A stretch of 62,997 bases of DNA, counting the filler, from Reclinomonas americana ATCC 50394 (Eukaryota), in NCBI GenBank assembly GCA_048213135.1. It is 14 parts of 14 records of this genome, joined end to end, with 100 filler letters (N's around TTAATTAATTAA, not from the genome) between each part and the next. Parts side by side here need not be neighbours in the genome. Positions count along the whole stretch, not along the records: positions 37,638 to 47,723 come from AFZH01020216.1; positions 47,824 to 49,849 come from AFZH01020217.1; positions 49,950 to 59,273 come from AFZH01020218.1; 11 more parts are not named here. The stretch is one strand, 5' to 3'. Of the stretch, positions 44,501-58,142 are shown in pieces (position 1 is the first letter of the stretch; each line of letters opens with the position of its first letter). Under the pieces are notes generated by a model. It did no database searches. It was not told where the DNA came from and saw nothing but the letters and a program-made list of their open reading frames with translations. Position numbers and translations under genes: made by a program.

Positions 44501-47500
44501 TAGAGACTGTTCGAGTTGTTGGCGGAGCTTGCGACGAGATACGTGGGACCCTGGAAGCGTGCACTGATGCCCGTAGTCGCGTCGGCCGTGGGAGCGCCAG
44601 CTACCGCAGTTGGAGAACCGACAAAGGTGGAAACCGCGTTGCTGGAAAACGAGAACCGACGCAAACGGTGGCCCTCCTGTGGTCGCCACGTGAGAATGCA
44701 CGTGACAATGAAGACCACAAGAATGAACGCACCTCCTCGCCGATGAACAGCAGCGATCGAGCGACATCCAGCCATAGGCCCGACGGTGCCCGAAAGGTTG
44801 CCGCTGTTGCGAGTCCATCTACGTCGCCAGGCGTGCCCGCAGTTCCCAGATACGTGGTCACGGCGCCGGAGAGCGACACCAGCAGAACTCGATGGTTTGT
44901 CTAGGTTTTTTTCATCGTACAGCGCGTGAGAAAGCTGACAGAGGCACACCAACGGTGACAGAAAAAGCAGCACCTTGTCCGACACTAACATGTCTCCTGT
45001 AGCGAGAGTGACGGCGCTCATCATTCCATTGCTGTACTGCGCAGCCGTGGGCAGCGAGCACACCGTGGCCTTGACTGCACGCGATTTCCAGGTGAGAGGT
45101 GGAGAAAACAGCGAGAGAGACAGACATCGAGCTCGTGTGAAGCAAGCGTGCACACCGATGCTCAGAAGCGCAACAGGTCCGTACAGACCCGTCGTGCCAA
45201 ATCTGGCACACACCGCATACTCGCCGACGGTGGCGGAAGCGGCCAGAACACGGAAAATAAGTGACCACGACGCAGAAGTATCCTGCAGAGCAAAGTCGAG
45301 GCCTGTGCCCGCCAGCAGTGTCTGGCTGGTACACGAAGCCGTGTCGGCAGCCACGGCAAACATGGCTGGATCGTCGAGACGCGGCACAAGGTTTGCTCCA
45401 CTGACGGTGATAACGTAGCCGTCGACTTGCGGAAGCACGGTTGGCGTTGTGGAAACGGTGACCGCGGCTGCAGCACTGATGTCACAAACAGAAGATTGCA
45501 ATCATGATCGGAGTGTGCAAGACACTCACCGACGTAGAAGGATCCCAGATTTTCATAACTGAATTGGCTGCCGTACCAAGCTGCGCACAATTGATACTCT
45601 GCAAAGGATACACATGCATACACACACAGAGCGTCAGAAAGACTTCATCACGCCGGTGCGTGAGGCATCGGAGTCGCAACTGCCGGTGCTGAGTGAGGGA
45701 GAGGCGTTGATTTGCAGCACCATTTGCGTCGACTGCACTGTGCCCGACACGGCAACAGTGATGCCCGCCGTCGCAGTCGTGTAATTGGAACAGTCACCGC
45801 GGATTGCCAGGGCGGCTGGTGTCTGCAGCTGTGTGCCAGTTACCGTGACGAGAGAGTTGGGCTGCGGCCAGATGGCTGGAGGGTCTAGAAAGCGAGCCGA
45901 GCCTGTGCACAGAAGAAGTTGGTGAGTGGACAGAAAGAGAGCGCGCGCAAAAATGAGAGAGTGAAAACGCGAACGCACTTCCTTTGGAGATCAAACGAAT
46001 GGTGCCCTGGTCGGTGCGAGAGTGCGGTCAGAATAAAAACACAGAAATCCACAGAGAGGGCAGGAAAAAACGCACAGCATCGTTCACAGCGAATACGCGA
46101 GTCGACAACCGAGACATGGACATGGGACTCGTGAGGTACGTTACTATTAACAGGACAACACGGGTAAGTGCTGGTTCAATCGTTCGCAACAGAAAACACG
46201 CACACACTTACCGTCGGTGAGCTGATTGAATTCCCCAACACCGCTCAGTGACAATAATCGCAGGACCTTGGTGGTGCGCTGTAGTTAAAAGAGAGAGCAC
46301 ACGCTGAGCGAGAACAATAGCAGCGAGGAAAGTGGGACCACGCGACACGCACCTGCAGCACCAGCACGTCACTGCCATGCAGAGATAGAAGCATGGCATC
46401 AGTAAGGGCGGCAACAGCCGAGTCACCCGCGTCGGTCTGCGACGTGTGTGTGACGATGAGCACGGCAACATGCAAGCTACCATACACTACTTGCAACCGA
46501 AAACGCAACAAAAGTGGCGGCACCGGATACGCTGGCCGAGTTCGTGCCGGCCACAGTCGTGACCATGCCTGAAGCACGACGATGAGGACAAAACGAGCGA
46601 GAGAAAAGATGGGAGATAGAGGAGATATTGGAGAGGTACCAGAAAGAAAACTGACGCGCCGCAGCAGGGGTGGCGTTTGCATGACGACCAGCATGGCCTT
46701 GGGCGAAGACACGCCCAGCCGATCGACAAATGCCAATGAAGAAATGTCGCGAAATGTTGCAACAGCCAGTCGCCCATCCGCATCACCCGAGACCCCCGGC
46801 ACGCCGGTCAGTGTTTTCATGGTGTCTGTGACGTACAGAGACACAGTAAATACAGCCACTTCCTTTCATGCATTCGCAAGGAACACAAAAGTAAGCTGCA
46901 CCAGAATCAACCGACGTGTATCGGATCCGATCAACCTGCGCACACCTCGACAGTGAGACGCAATACGGCACAACGCGCAAACACATGCACGTGTAAGGCC
47001 TCGCAACTCCACTGTCGACCACAAACAGCTGATCGGCGTAGTAGGGTGAGCTGCCGAGATACACCCACTGTGGGGAGGTGAGGGTCGATCCGTTGCCCCC
47101 ACTCTGATCTGCCGATCCAGCCGCATTACTCCGACCGGCAAGTGTGGAGACAATTTCTGCAACAACAGGCCAAGGATTGGTTGCGATGAAGCACATAGAG
47201 AGCCAAGCAACGCGGGAGACACGCACTGGTGTCGAGATTGATGCTGCGGATGGTGTGGTTGCCCGTGTCGGCCACCAACAACTTGCGCTTCGAATCGTGA
47301 ACGCGCAGCCCACTTGGGGTATTGAATCGAGCCTCAGGCACGCACTTGCCGTCGACCGCTCCACTGGAGTTGACCACACCGGCAAACACAGAAACGTAGC
47401 CAAATGTCGAAATGGTGCGCACGGCATGTCCCTCGGTGAAATACATCTCTCCGGTCTGCACCATCCGAATGAGCGTCACCTAATACACACGCCAGTTCGT

Positions 47501-47890
47501 GCAGGGACACGCAACAGCTGCCACTACAACGTCTCTCGCCTGGAGGGCACTCGCACTTGCTGGACCACTGGACGAGGAACCATTCGTGTCGCCAACAGAA
47601 CTGTAATCCCGATTGTCTGTGTGGACAAGCGGTGAGACGGGAATCCATGTTTTTTTCTGTCGCCTTCAAAAACCTCACAACTCACCAATGGCAACAACGG
47701 AGTTGAGGTATTGCCAGTCGATANNNNNNNNNNNNNNNNNNNNNNNNNNNNNNNNNNNNNNNNNNNNTTAATTAATTAANNNNNNNNNNNNNNNNNNNNN
47801 NNNNNNNNNNNNNNNNNNNNNNNCAAGCACCGCCGACCCCGCCACCGCGTGATTAAAGGGCGAGGAGAGGGTCATGACTTCGTCTGGTAC

Positions 47891-47930
<40 letters not shown>

Positions 47931-49765
47931 AGTGAGATACGAAAGGCAGGAATGGGAAGGCAGCAGTAGGGATAAAAGAACGCACTGGTCAGCAGATCGA
48001 TGCGGCGGAACGTGTTGCTGCGCTGTGAGTTGCATCGCAGCAGTGTGAGCAAAGTAGAGGGGAAAGACGAAGGGTGATCTCACTCAACAGCTTCCATGAT
48101 CGTCACATCCCCGTTCCTGTCGACGACAAGGGCTTGCGGGGTAGTGAAGCGCGCGGACGCGGGTGGACCATCTGCTGTTCCTGCGCCTGCCATGCTGCTG
48201 CCGTACACGGTCGTTGCACCTAGGAGAGCACAGAGAGAGGCGCACACACAAAGAGAGGGTGTGAGACTATGCATGAAGAGAAGAAGAGACACGTGCATTT
48301 GTCGGCAAACCTGACGATAATGTGACGCGGAAGATGACATGCTGCACACTGTCGCTGACATAGAGCAGCTGCCCGTCGGCAGAGAGGGCGAGGGAGTGTG
48401 GGTATTGCAGGCCGGTGGAGAGCACAGTCGAGGTGGTGCTGGAGGCGGAGGAGGCTGGGGAAGGGAGAGGGGCAAATGAACAACTCGCGCACGCACACCC
48501 TTTCTCTCTCTTTGTGCAGCTACGCAACTGGATATCTTCCTCACTCGACTGTTTCCGCGGTCGGCAAAGTACAGCGTGTTGCCGTCCGGCGCCATCACCA
48601 GGGCACCGGGACAACTGACCGCGGCCTGCACTGCGGTGCCGTCGGTGAATCCACTCGCTCCCGTGCCGAGATAGGGCACGACAAAGGAGTCCTCGGCATT
48701 GTAGAGACGATAGATGCGATTGCTGGTGCACACGGAGGCGTAGAGGGGGCCGGCAGAGGAAATCGCCAGTCCAGTAACCCCACTGATATCGACGTAGTGA
48801 GAGGAGGATGGTGAGCAAGGAGTTTCTTTCGAAGCGAGAGAGTGAGAAGCGTGCACTGTAACCTGGCGAGTTGCGCGTCGCTGGCGTACACTGCGGACGT
48901 GCCGGAGAGGTGCAGCGCCCGAATCGTGCCGTCGTCGAATGCCGCATACAGCAGATTGGCGGAGGCCGCCATCATGACCGTCGGAGCAGCGGTGAGCGAC
49001 ACTGGTGTTGCGCCCGCTCCCCACCCCTGCACCTCCAGCGTTCCAGCTGCCGCGTACGATGCCGAGGAGGTCCATCGGATCTGCACCTCATAGTTGCCAA
49101 CTGCGAAAAAGTGTGAGAACGAAGACGAGCACCTGCGAGTGGCTTGCGCAGGAGCGTCGACTGACCAGGCAACGCGGTGGCGATAGACGCCACCACGGTG
49201 GTGGATGTGCTTGTCAGCACGGAGCCATTCGTCACGGCCGACGACTGCTGATTGACCACTCGCACGGCTGCCGTGGCGTCGGCAGTGACCTGAAGAGAAG
49301 AAGGAAGAGTGAGCGAGGAGAGAGAGAGAGAGAGATGAACAGAGTGGAGAGGCGCGTGTAAGAGAGAGAAGAGAGCTCTAGAGTCCAGCGAACGATGCAA
49401 CAAAACCAATGCCATACGCAGCATCGACAAAGTTCGTTCCCGAAATCGTCACTTGTCGTCGCTCCAATGACAGCACATACACAGGCGTCACTGCACTGAT
49501 CGCAGGCGGAGGTGGAGGTGGCGGGTTGCCAGCAACAAGCACAGTGGCCAGCTGCAAGAACAACAATGCAGCTGCGACTGGATCCGGAATACAATAAGAC
49601 AAGTCACACACACTCTCTCATGAGTACGAACAAAAGGAGGGAATTTGGACGGTGGGGGCATAAGGAGCATGTAAGGCAAATCTTACCTAAGCATCGTGGT
49701 GCTCGTCGACGTTTGGTTTTGTGAACCAATGGCGCGAAAATTGGCAGTGTATCGTTTACGCGCAT
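32537..49765 (-). CDS. Giant cell-surface receptor: signal-IPT/TIG-NHL repeats-FN3-CUB-REJ-GPS-TM-cytoplasmic tail
   Basis: Many NHL repeats (ARFSSPRGLALD..LLVADSGN..IRRVD), FN3 (GYGPRG, GPWS) and CUB (CRWSI…LSTEAGSDVLSVY…YGGWK). REJ-like segments (VSPLVGIALETAFTITA..PLLYYY). GPS CVFWNTSRSEWGTDGC..|..VVCRCNHLTAF. TM segment ~35915-36060. Joining across gaps and the last exon are inferred. Confidence 0.78.
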
Positions 49766-51516
49766 CTGCGTGCGAGTCACCACCATCTCTCTCTTTCTCT
49801 CTTTCTCTCTCTATGTGTGGGGGTATGTGTGTGTGTGTGTGTGTCTATGNNNNNNNNNNNNNNNNNNNNNNNNNNNNNNNNNNNNNNNNNNNNTTAATTA
49901 ATTAANNNNNNNNNNNNNNNNNNNNNNNNNNNNNNNNNNNNNNNNNNNNTGTGTGTGTGTGTGTGGTGGTGATGCGCAAGAGAGTGCAGTGAGTGAGAGA
50001 GGAGAGTGTCTGGCGCGCAGGCAGAGTGGGTGTGTGCGCGCGCGAGTGAGTCACTGTGACTGTGCGACTGACGTGTATCAGCACGCACGTCTCTCTTCTC
50101 TCGCTCTCTCGCTCTCTCTTTGCCTCACAACGTTTATATTGCACACAAATTGGTATCTCGAAATGGCAGTCAGGTGCATCTCTCTCAACTTTTCACTCCG
50201 TACGGTGCGCTCTGTACACCATCCAAGGAAACGGAAAGAGAAAAAGAGACGCACGCGAGTGCGTTATTCGTCGCGGATGTTCACAACTTCGATTCGACCA
50301 CGGTGATTTTGAAGGAGCCTGCGCGCGCACAAGGAGAGGAGAGTCGTGAGGCCACGCGTTTTGTGAACAAGCTGGGAATTATGCGCCCCGTGTGTGACGG
50401 AGTGTGCTTGCGTGTTTGTATGAGCTTGGCACTCGGTGTTAAGCATGCTCTCCAGTGGTGTGTGTAAAGGGAGAGAAGAGAGGGAGAGTGAAGAAGATCT
50501 GGCGGGAAGAAACGGTCGTGTTTTCGGACGAGACTGAGTGAGAGAAGGAGGGCGGAGAAGGAAGAGAGGGAGGGGGAGGGAGGGAGGGAGAGAGGCGGAA
50601 AGTGAAGGGGAAGAGAGAGATGGAGAAGAAATCTTGCGCGCAAGACACATGAGAGTGATCAAATGTGGAAAACGTGATGAGACACTGCATGTCGCGCCAC
50701 GCTCACGAAGAGCAGAGAGAGGGAGAGAAGCAGTGGGGGGCAAGAAGGAAAGAGGGGAAGGGGGGAGAAGGCGAGCAAATGAAGGGGGAAGGAAGAGGGA
50801 GAGGGGAGGGTAAGAGGGAAAGGGAGAACTTTATGAAGAGTGAGATGAGCGTTGAGGGAAGGAGGGATGAGCACTGGGGGAAAGAGAGAGGGAGCACTGG
50901 GGGCAGCAGTGGTCTGGAGCACAGGATGCGCAAGCGGGAAGAAACGCCATTCGCGACAAGAAACGCATTTCAGAAAACGCAATTCAAAACACGCTGCTGG
51001 AGTCACTCACACAAACAAAGAGGAGATAACACACTGGGTGCACTCTAACCGCTGGCCTCAATCTTGCGTGAAGAGTGCGTCTGCTTCTAACACCACTGAT
51101 GCATGATTCAGCTGCCGGTTTTGAGAACTGCATCATATTCTTTCACCACCCGCACAATTCTTCTCTCCCTCATCTCAAATACGAAGAACCCAGCTCACGC
51201 ATACAAGACACAATGCCTTCTCCACAAAGGTGCCTTTGTGCTGCCTCTGCTCACATCGAACACAGGAGGGCCATTGTCAACTCCCCGTTGTCTCATCTTC
51301 TTGGTTTCCCTATCTCCCACTCTCCCTCCCTCCCCTCCCTCTTTCGCGAGCGCTGTCGAGAATGCCATGCGCGTCTGTTCTCAGTAATGACGACGACTCT
51401 CACAAGCTAAACTCAGCGCCGGTATTGATAATGATCACTCAGAACGCACGGCATCTATCTTCTCACACGTCAAGGCCCTCTCTCTCACTTCTCCCTCTCC
51501 TCGCCCCCCAACTCAC

Positions 51517-52711
51517 ATGATGGCAAATCGTGGACCTCCGGCTGCACCGTGGCCTTGATTCCCAGCGACGACAGAATGCCGCCAATCATGCCCGCCGGGT
51601 ACTGGAGAAACTCGACCGCTCGTCGCTTGGCCGCCTCCGACGAGGCGGCGGAGAGGCGTCGCAGCCACGGGAACTTGTGGTCGGAGAGCACAAAGACGTC
51701 CTTGCTGGTGTTCGTTTTCAAATTGTCGGCGTGCTTGTGGAACAGTTGCGACCAGCACTCGATGCACAGGAACTTGAACACATCCAAAATGTCGCCCGTG
51801 GCCGGCGGTGCAGCGTGCGGGTGATTCGGCGATGTCGACGTGGCTGGAGCGTGTGGACGAGAGTAGCCGAGTCGCTGCCCTAGCCGCTCACCGGCCTCAC
51901 GACCAATGGCCTCCAGGCTGCGCTCCAGCACACCTCGGTCACCCCCCGCCGCCGCCGCCACCGCAACCGAGGATGCAGGTCCCGACGCGCCACCGCCGGC
52001 CGCGGCCAGCGCGCGTGAAGACGACCACCGTGATTTTGAGCGGCCATCGTCGCTCGGGCTGGCCGTCGCCGCCGCCGCCGCCGAGGACGATGACGGAGCT
52101 GGGGGCGCATCCGCCGCCGCCGCCGCCTTGGCACGATAGTGATTCACAATAGCAATGTGCAGCGCCTCCAGCAGCGACAGCGACACCTTTTTGGCGACGT
52201 GAGCCACACCTCTGGCGGGAGCAACAATGTACGGTGGAGCACAAACCTCTCGTCGAGTCTTGAACCGCGACGCGCCACTCGCACTCATACTGCCAGCACC
52301 CACACCACCCGCCTTGCCCGACGCGCCTCCCAGCCCTCCACTGCCACCACCCAGTCCACCACCGCCAATCCCAACTCCTCCGCTCGCCGTCAGCGGCATC
52401 GAGGCCATGGAGAGCGCAGGGATGCCGGCCGCCGAGAACGCCGCATTCCCACTGGAGGCGACAACTGCGGCGGTGAGGGAGGAGAGCGGGGCGGGCACGT
52501 AGCCGACTCCGCTGACACTGCTCAGGCCGGGAGAGGCGGCGGCCGTGCCTGCGGTGGCGGAGGAGGAGGGGCCGCCGGGAGAGGACGCAGCAGCAGCAGC
52601 TGCAGCGGCGGCGGTGCCGGGGGCGGAGGATTCGCCGAGAAGAGCGGCGGCCGAGGCCATCATTGCCGCGGCGGAGGAGGATTGTTGGCGGTAGCCGCTG
52701 CCCGAGGCCAT
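51517..52711 (-). CDS. TRAPPC6: TRAPP complex subunit 6 (Trs33), last exon not located
   Basis: VSLSLLEALH, LEAIGREAGERLGQRL, LDVFKFLCIECWSQLFHKHADNLKTN..VFVLSD..FPWL and YPAGMIGGILSSLGI. Confidence 0.92.
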
Positions 52712-52809
52712 TCTGAAGGGGGAGAAGGAGAGAAGGGATGAAGGGTAAGGGAGGGAAAGGGAAGAGTGAGGGGAAGGGTGAGGGGAAGGGTGAGGGGAAG
52801 GAGGGAAGG

Positions 52810-53215
52810 GTGAGAGTGTGAGAGTGTGCAAGTGCAAGAGCGTGAGAGAGTGTCAGAGTGAGAGTGTAAGTGCAAGTGTGCAAGTGCAAGAGCGTGACAG
52901 TGAGTGAGCGTGAGTGAGACTGTGTGCGAGAGAGGGAGAAAGTTTTAGAGGACAAGAAATGAAGAAAGAGTGTGTGAAAGTGTGCGAAAGTGTGCGAGAG
53001 TGAGTGTGTAAGTGCAAGTGTGCAAGTGCAAGAGCGTGACAGTGAGTGAGAGTGAGTAAGCGCGCGTGAGAGAGGGAGAGAGAGTTTGAGAGGACAAGAA
53101 CTGAAGAAAAAGTGTGCGAGAGTGTGCGAGAGTGTGCGAGAGTGTGTGAGAGTGAGTGTATGAGTGCAAGTGTGCAAGTGCAAGAGCGTGAGTGTAAGCG
53201 AGAGTGAGTGAGAGT
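52810..53215. repeat. Degenerate tandem repeat
   Basis: GTGCAAGTGTGCAAGTGCAAGAGCGTGA occurs about 4 times. Confidence 0.8.
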
Positions 53216-53578
53216 GAGAGGAAGCAAAGGAGAGAAAGATATTTGTGATTCAGGCGACACCTACTGACGCCTAATCCCTCGTGTTGTCAGCCTCTGAGCA
53301 CAGGTTGCGTCTCTGACAGATGCTCACCTCGTTACACTGACGCACACTGAGAAGAACAACAACGAAGACAGACAGAGAGAAGAAAGGCGAGGAGAGAACA
53401 TGTGAAGATATTTGAGAATAGGTGAGCGCCTTCTGACGCCTAATCCCTCTCTGAGCACACGCTGCCTCTCTGACAGATGCTCACCTCGTTACACTGACAC
53501 ACTGAAGAAGCACAACAATAAAGACAGAGAACGAAAAGGCGAGCTGATTTGTCTCTCTTCTCTCTCCCTCTCGCTCTT

Positions 53579-55592
53579 ATGCGCGCACTGCTTGTGGCCA
53601 GCGCGCAGCTTGCGCTCCTGCTCGCGCTCTCTCCGCTGGTGATTGCACTGGTGATTGTACCGGCGGCGGTGGTGTTTGCGCTGGGAGATGCGTGGCGTGC
53701 GGTGCGACAAGGGCGATGGAGGTGGTGGCAGCAACAGCAAAAGGAGAAGAAGAGCGGGAATGGGGGAGAGTATGATGCGGTGTTGATCACGGGAGCGACG
53801 GGAGGCATTGGTGAGGGGAATGCGAGGAGAATGTGGGGAAAAGGGGAGGAGAAAGCATGATGAATGCATGCTGGGGACTGGAGAAGAGAACCTTGCTTGC
53901 TTGCGGTGTACAGTGGGAAAGAGGTACAGCGACGTACAGTGCATACAGAAAGAGGAAGAGCAAGAATCTGCAGAGTGCAGGAGAAGAACTTCTGAGTGAG
54001 ACAAGGGCGATGGAGGTGGTGGCAGCAACAAAAGGAGAAGAAGAGCGGGAATGGAGGAGAGTATGATGCGGTGTTGATTACGGGAGCGACGGGAGGCATT
54101 GGTGAGGAGAATGGGAGGAGAATGGGGGGAAAAGGGGAGGAGAATGGTAGGAGAACAAGAAGAGAGAACCTTGCTTGCTTGCGGTGTACAGTGAGTGGGA
54201 AAAGGGGTACAGCTGGACGTACAGTGCATACAGAAAGAGGAAGAGCAAGAATCTGCAGAGTGTAGGTTCTGAGTGAGACAAGGGCGATGGAGGTGGTGGC
54301 AACATAAGGAGAAGAAGAGCGGGAATGGAAGAGAGTATGATGCGGTGTTGATTACGGGAGCGACGGGAGGCATTGGTGAGGGGAATGCGAGGAGAATGTG
54401 GGGAAAAGGGGAGGAGAATGGTAGGAGAACAAGAAGTGAAAGAGCTTGCTTGTGAGAGGTACACGAGCTGGAGAATGCAACAGGAAGCAGAGAATCTGCA
54501 GATGTGTCCATGGCGACAACAGAAGGACGAGAACAGCGAAGCTGGCGGTGTTGATTACGGGAGCATTGAGGAAAAGGGTAGGAGAAAGCATGAAGAATGG
54601 GAGCTGAATGCTGGTGAGAAAGAGAGCCACAGCTGGAGACCACTATCATGCAAGAATGAGATATGTCAGCACCTGCGAAGTTCAGTGGAATGTAGCAGGA
54701 ACGAGAGTGCTGCGGGAGGCGCAATACTCACGCCGGAAGTTACAATTCCTTTCTGACAACTTTCTCTCTCAAAGGCGAGGCCCTTGCCCTGGAATACGCC
54801 GCCGCCGGCGTGTTTCTGGCGCTGACGGGGCGCGACGAATCGCGTTTGGAGACGGTGGCGCAGGCGTGTCGCGACAAGGGAGCGACGGTGGTGACGCGCA
54901 CGCTGGATGTGACGTCGCGCGCCGACATGGAGCAGTGGGTGCGTGATGTCGATGCGCAGCGCAAGCTGAAGCTGGTGATCGCCAATGCCGGAGTGTCGGC
55001 GAGTACGCTGGGAGCGGGAGTGGCGCCCGAGGAGGCCACCAACGCCATCTGGGAGACCAATGTGCTCGGCTGCGTCAACACCATCATGCCGGTGCTGCCG
55101 CGCATGGAGGCCGACGGGTGCGGTCATCTGGTGGCTGTGTCGTCGCTGGCCTCGTACTTCCCCACCGACATGTCGCCGGCGTATGCGGCCAGCAAGGCCG
55201 GCGTGCGCATGCTGTTCGAGTGCATGCGACTCAAGCACCGCGGCCGCGTCAACTTTTCCGTGGTGTGCCCCGGATTCGTGCGCACGAAAATGTCCGAGTC
55301 ACTGAAACTGGTGCGTCCCGCAGCATCCATCTGCTTCCCATCGCCTCACTCCTCATTCGCTCCGCAGAAGTCGATGCCGTTCGAGATGACGCCGGCCGAC
55401 GCCGCCATCCGCATCCGTCGCGGCATCGAGGCCAACGAGGCCGTCATTGCGTTCCCGTGGCTGGCGCACTTTGTGGTGTGGACGCTCAGCACGCTGCCGC
55501 CGGCCATTCAAGATGCGCTGCACGCCAGTGTGCGCACCGTGATGTCGTGCCTGAATAGATTCCGCAAGGCGCCGAAGCAGCGCGATAGTTGA
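53579..55592 (+). CDS. Membrane-anchored classical short-chain dehydrogenase/reductase
   Basis: Hydrophobic N-terminus, VLITGATGGIG|EALA, ANAG, VSS, catalytic YAASK and CPGFVRT. Confidence 0.93.
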
Positions 55593-55802
55593 GAGGGAGT
55601 CGTGTGAACCCGAGAGTCCGACTGATTAAAAAAGAATGGAACGTTTGATGGTGGAGCACAACTGGCCGCACAAAGCAATCGTCTGTACAATAAATAGCCG
55701 GCATCGCTAACCTGAAGCAAAAAAAGGAAACACACATAGAGCTCATTATAAATACACAATGTCCGTCAACAAAAACAAACAAAGGAAAACTCTGCCGACA
55801 GC

Positions 55803-58142
55803 TCAGTGCGCTGCAACGGCATCAGGTACGGCATCGGTGGCAGCCACCTCCTGCACAGACTTCTTGGCGACAGGGCGACTGAGAATTGAGTAGCCTTGCA
55901 TGACAGCCAGTGCGAGACCGCTGGCCAGGCCCAGCGGGCCGCGAGGATCGTACATGTAGATCGGCAGAAGCACCCACCACCACCAGCGGCCGACAATGGT
56001 GCGGGTGAGACCGCACCTCTTGGCCAGTGCGTCCATCGAGAGGGCGTGGTTCTGTGAGAAGCGAAGGGGAAGGGGAAAGGGAAGAAAATGTAAAAACAAA
56101 GGGAGCGACAAGCGAGAGCGACAAGCGAGAGCGACAAGCGAGAGCGACAAGCGAGAGCGACAAGCGAGAGCGACAAGCGAGAGCGACAAGCGAGAGCGAC
56201 AAGCGAGAGCGACAAGCGAGAGCGACAAGCGAGAGCGACAAGCGAGAGCGACAAGCGAGAGCGACAAGCGAGAGCGACAAGCGAGAGCGACAAGCGAGGA
56301 GAGAGTGAGCGACAGCGAGGAGAGACACAACGAGGAGAGAGAGCGACATAGCGAGGAGAGAGAGCGACACAGCGACGAGAGAGAGCGACACAGCGACGAG
56401 AGAGAGCGACCAGCGAGGAACAGCGACAAGCGAGGAGAGCGACAAAGCGAGGAGAGAGCGAGACAGCGAGCAGAGAGCGACACAGCGAGGAAGAGCGACA
56501 CAACGAGGAAGAGCGACAGCGAGGAAGAGCGACAGCGAGGAAGAGCGACACAACGAGGAAGAGCGACAGCGAGGGAGAGCGACAGCAGGGGAAGAAGACG
56601 GAGCTATCGACCTACTCGTTACCCTTGCTGCTTAACATACATACGCACCACCAGCAAATGCGCAAACATGCTCGTCGGATTCAGCGGGTCGCACAGGGGA
56701 CCGGCACTGATAAAGAAGATCGCCGCGAGGAACTCGAACGACAGCGTGTGCGGCTTGGAGAGCATGTTGACAATGGTGCCGATGCCAGCCGCCGCCGTGA
56801 TGCCAATCAGCACAGCCTGAGCCACCAGTCGCAGCTCGGTGACGCCCAGCGGCAGCAGCAGCGTGGCGTACGCCGGCAACAGCACGTCCTCCGCGCAGAA
56901 AATGAAAAACGTCAGGTGTGGCCGATATGCCAACTGACACACACACCAAACAAGGCATATGAGTCGCGACTGAAGCACCAACACTCACACTCACAAGGCG
57001 CGACGACAAAACCTTGCCAGAAGCATACGCAGCCGGCGGCGGACCCAGTGCATCATCGAAAATACCGAAGAAATCGGCCATGCACCACACGCGGAAAGCG
57101 TACACATTGAAGCTCTCCAATCCGACGCCGTGGAACAAAATGTACCACTGCAGCGGCTGATACAAGCAATCCCTGACACCCGCGCGCAGAAGCGACAAGG
57201 GTGAGTGCGTCTGTGAGCGCGTAGAATCCCCCAAGGCAGACTCACATGGCGTGATCCAGGTACTCGCCCAGAATGCTCGTGCGCTTGGTCAGACGCGCGT
57301 GCACGCCATCAAGCGCATCAAAGCCCCAGTAGAGCGAGCTGAGGAGGAGCAACGCAGAGTGAGGGCAAAGAGATAGAAGGGAAGGGAGGGGAAGCGGAGA
57401 AGAGAGGACAAAGAGAGATAGAACATTTTACAAGTGATCGCCAACAAGTATCCTTGTGCTGATCAAAGAGTATATGTACAGAAGGTGCTAGTGTACAGCT
57501 AATGCCCTTCAGGTGCACGGCTAAAGCGTCGCAAATCTATATGTAATCGACACGCTGTGCTGTATCACTCGGACATGCGCATCTTTGTGTGCGGCTCCTC
57601 ACACAAGCACCCACACAACTCGCTCACTTGCTCCTCACATGAGTGCCTTTGAGAGGGGGAGGAGGAGGAGTGTGGAAGAGGAAGATCGCCAAGAAAGAGA
57701 GGACACAGAGTGATCCTCTCTGAGCAAGAGAGTGTGTGTGTAAGTGTGTGAGGGAGAGTGCGTGTGTAAGTGTGTGAGAGAGAGAGAGTGTGTGTGTGTG
57801 TGTGTGTAAGAGAGAGGCACGCAACAGCGCCACAAAGGTGACCCAACGAGGTGGAGTCGACCAGTCCGTTACGCTCTTGGAGGCCAGCAGCTCATGCGGA
57901 GGCCACAAGTGATCATCAAGAGCAGCAGCAGAAGCAGAAGAGGAGGCTGTCACTGGCATCGCCGAGGCGGTGGACGAGAGGGAGTGGGAGGTAAAGTAGG
58001 AGAGCCACCAGAGACAGTGCACGGCCTGAATGACAATGTTGGTGAGGGTGATGTGGTTCGGAGTCACCCAGTGGGGGAGTGCGGCCGAGGTGGCGCGGGT
58101 GATGGCGTCCCACAGCTCCCAGGTTGCTCGTGGGAAGCGCAT
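55803..58142 (-). CDS. CDP-alcohol phosphatidyltransferase (choline/ethanolamine phosphotransferase type)
   Basis: LPHWVTPNHITL and the signature FDALDGVHARLTKRTSILGEYLDHAM|D (DxxDGxxAR-x8-GxxxDxxxD), plus multiple TM segments. Confidence 0.93.
56104..56590. repeat. Intronic perfect 13-mer array (AGCGACAAGCGAG) decaying into a degenerate array
   Basis: Perfect copies 56104-56298, then GAGCGACA-based variants. Confidence 0.95.

Noticed and set aside
55766..56820. Long repetitive ORFs (ACRSRLSLSLVAL / RERQARATSESDK)
   Set aside because: They are translations of a stop-free intronic 13-mer array.
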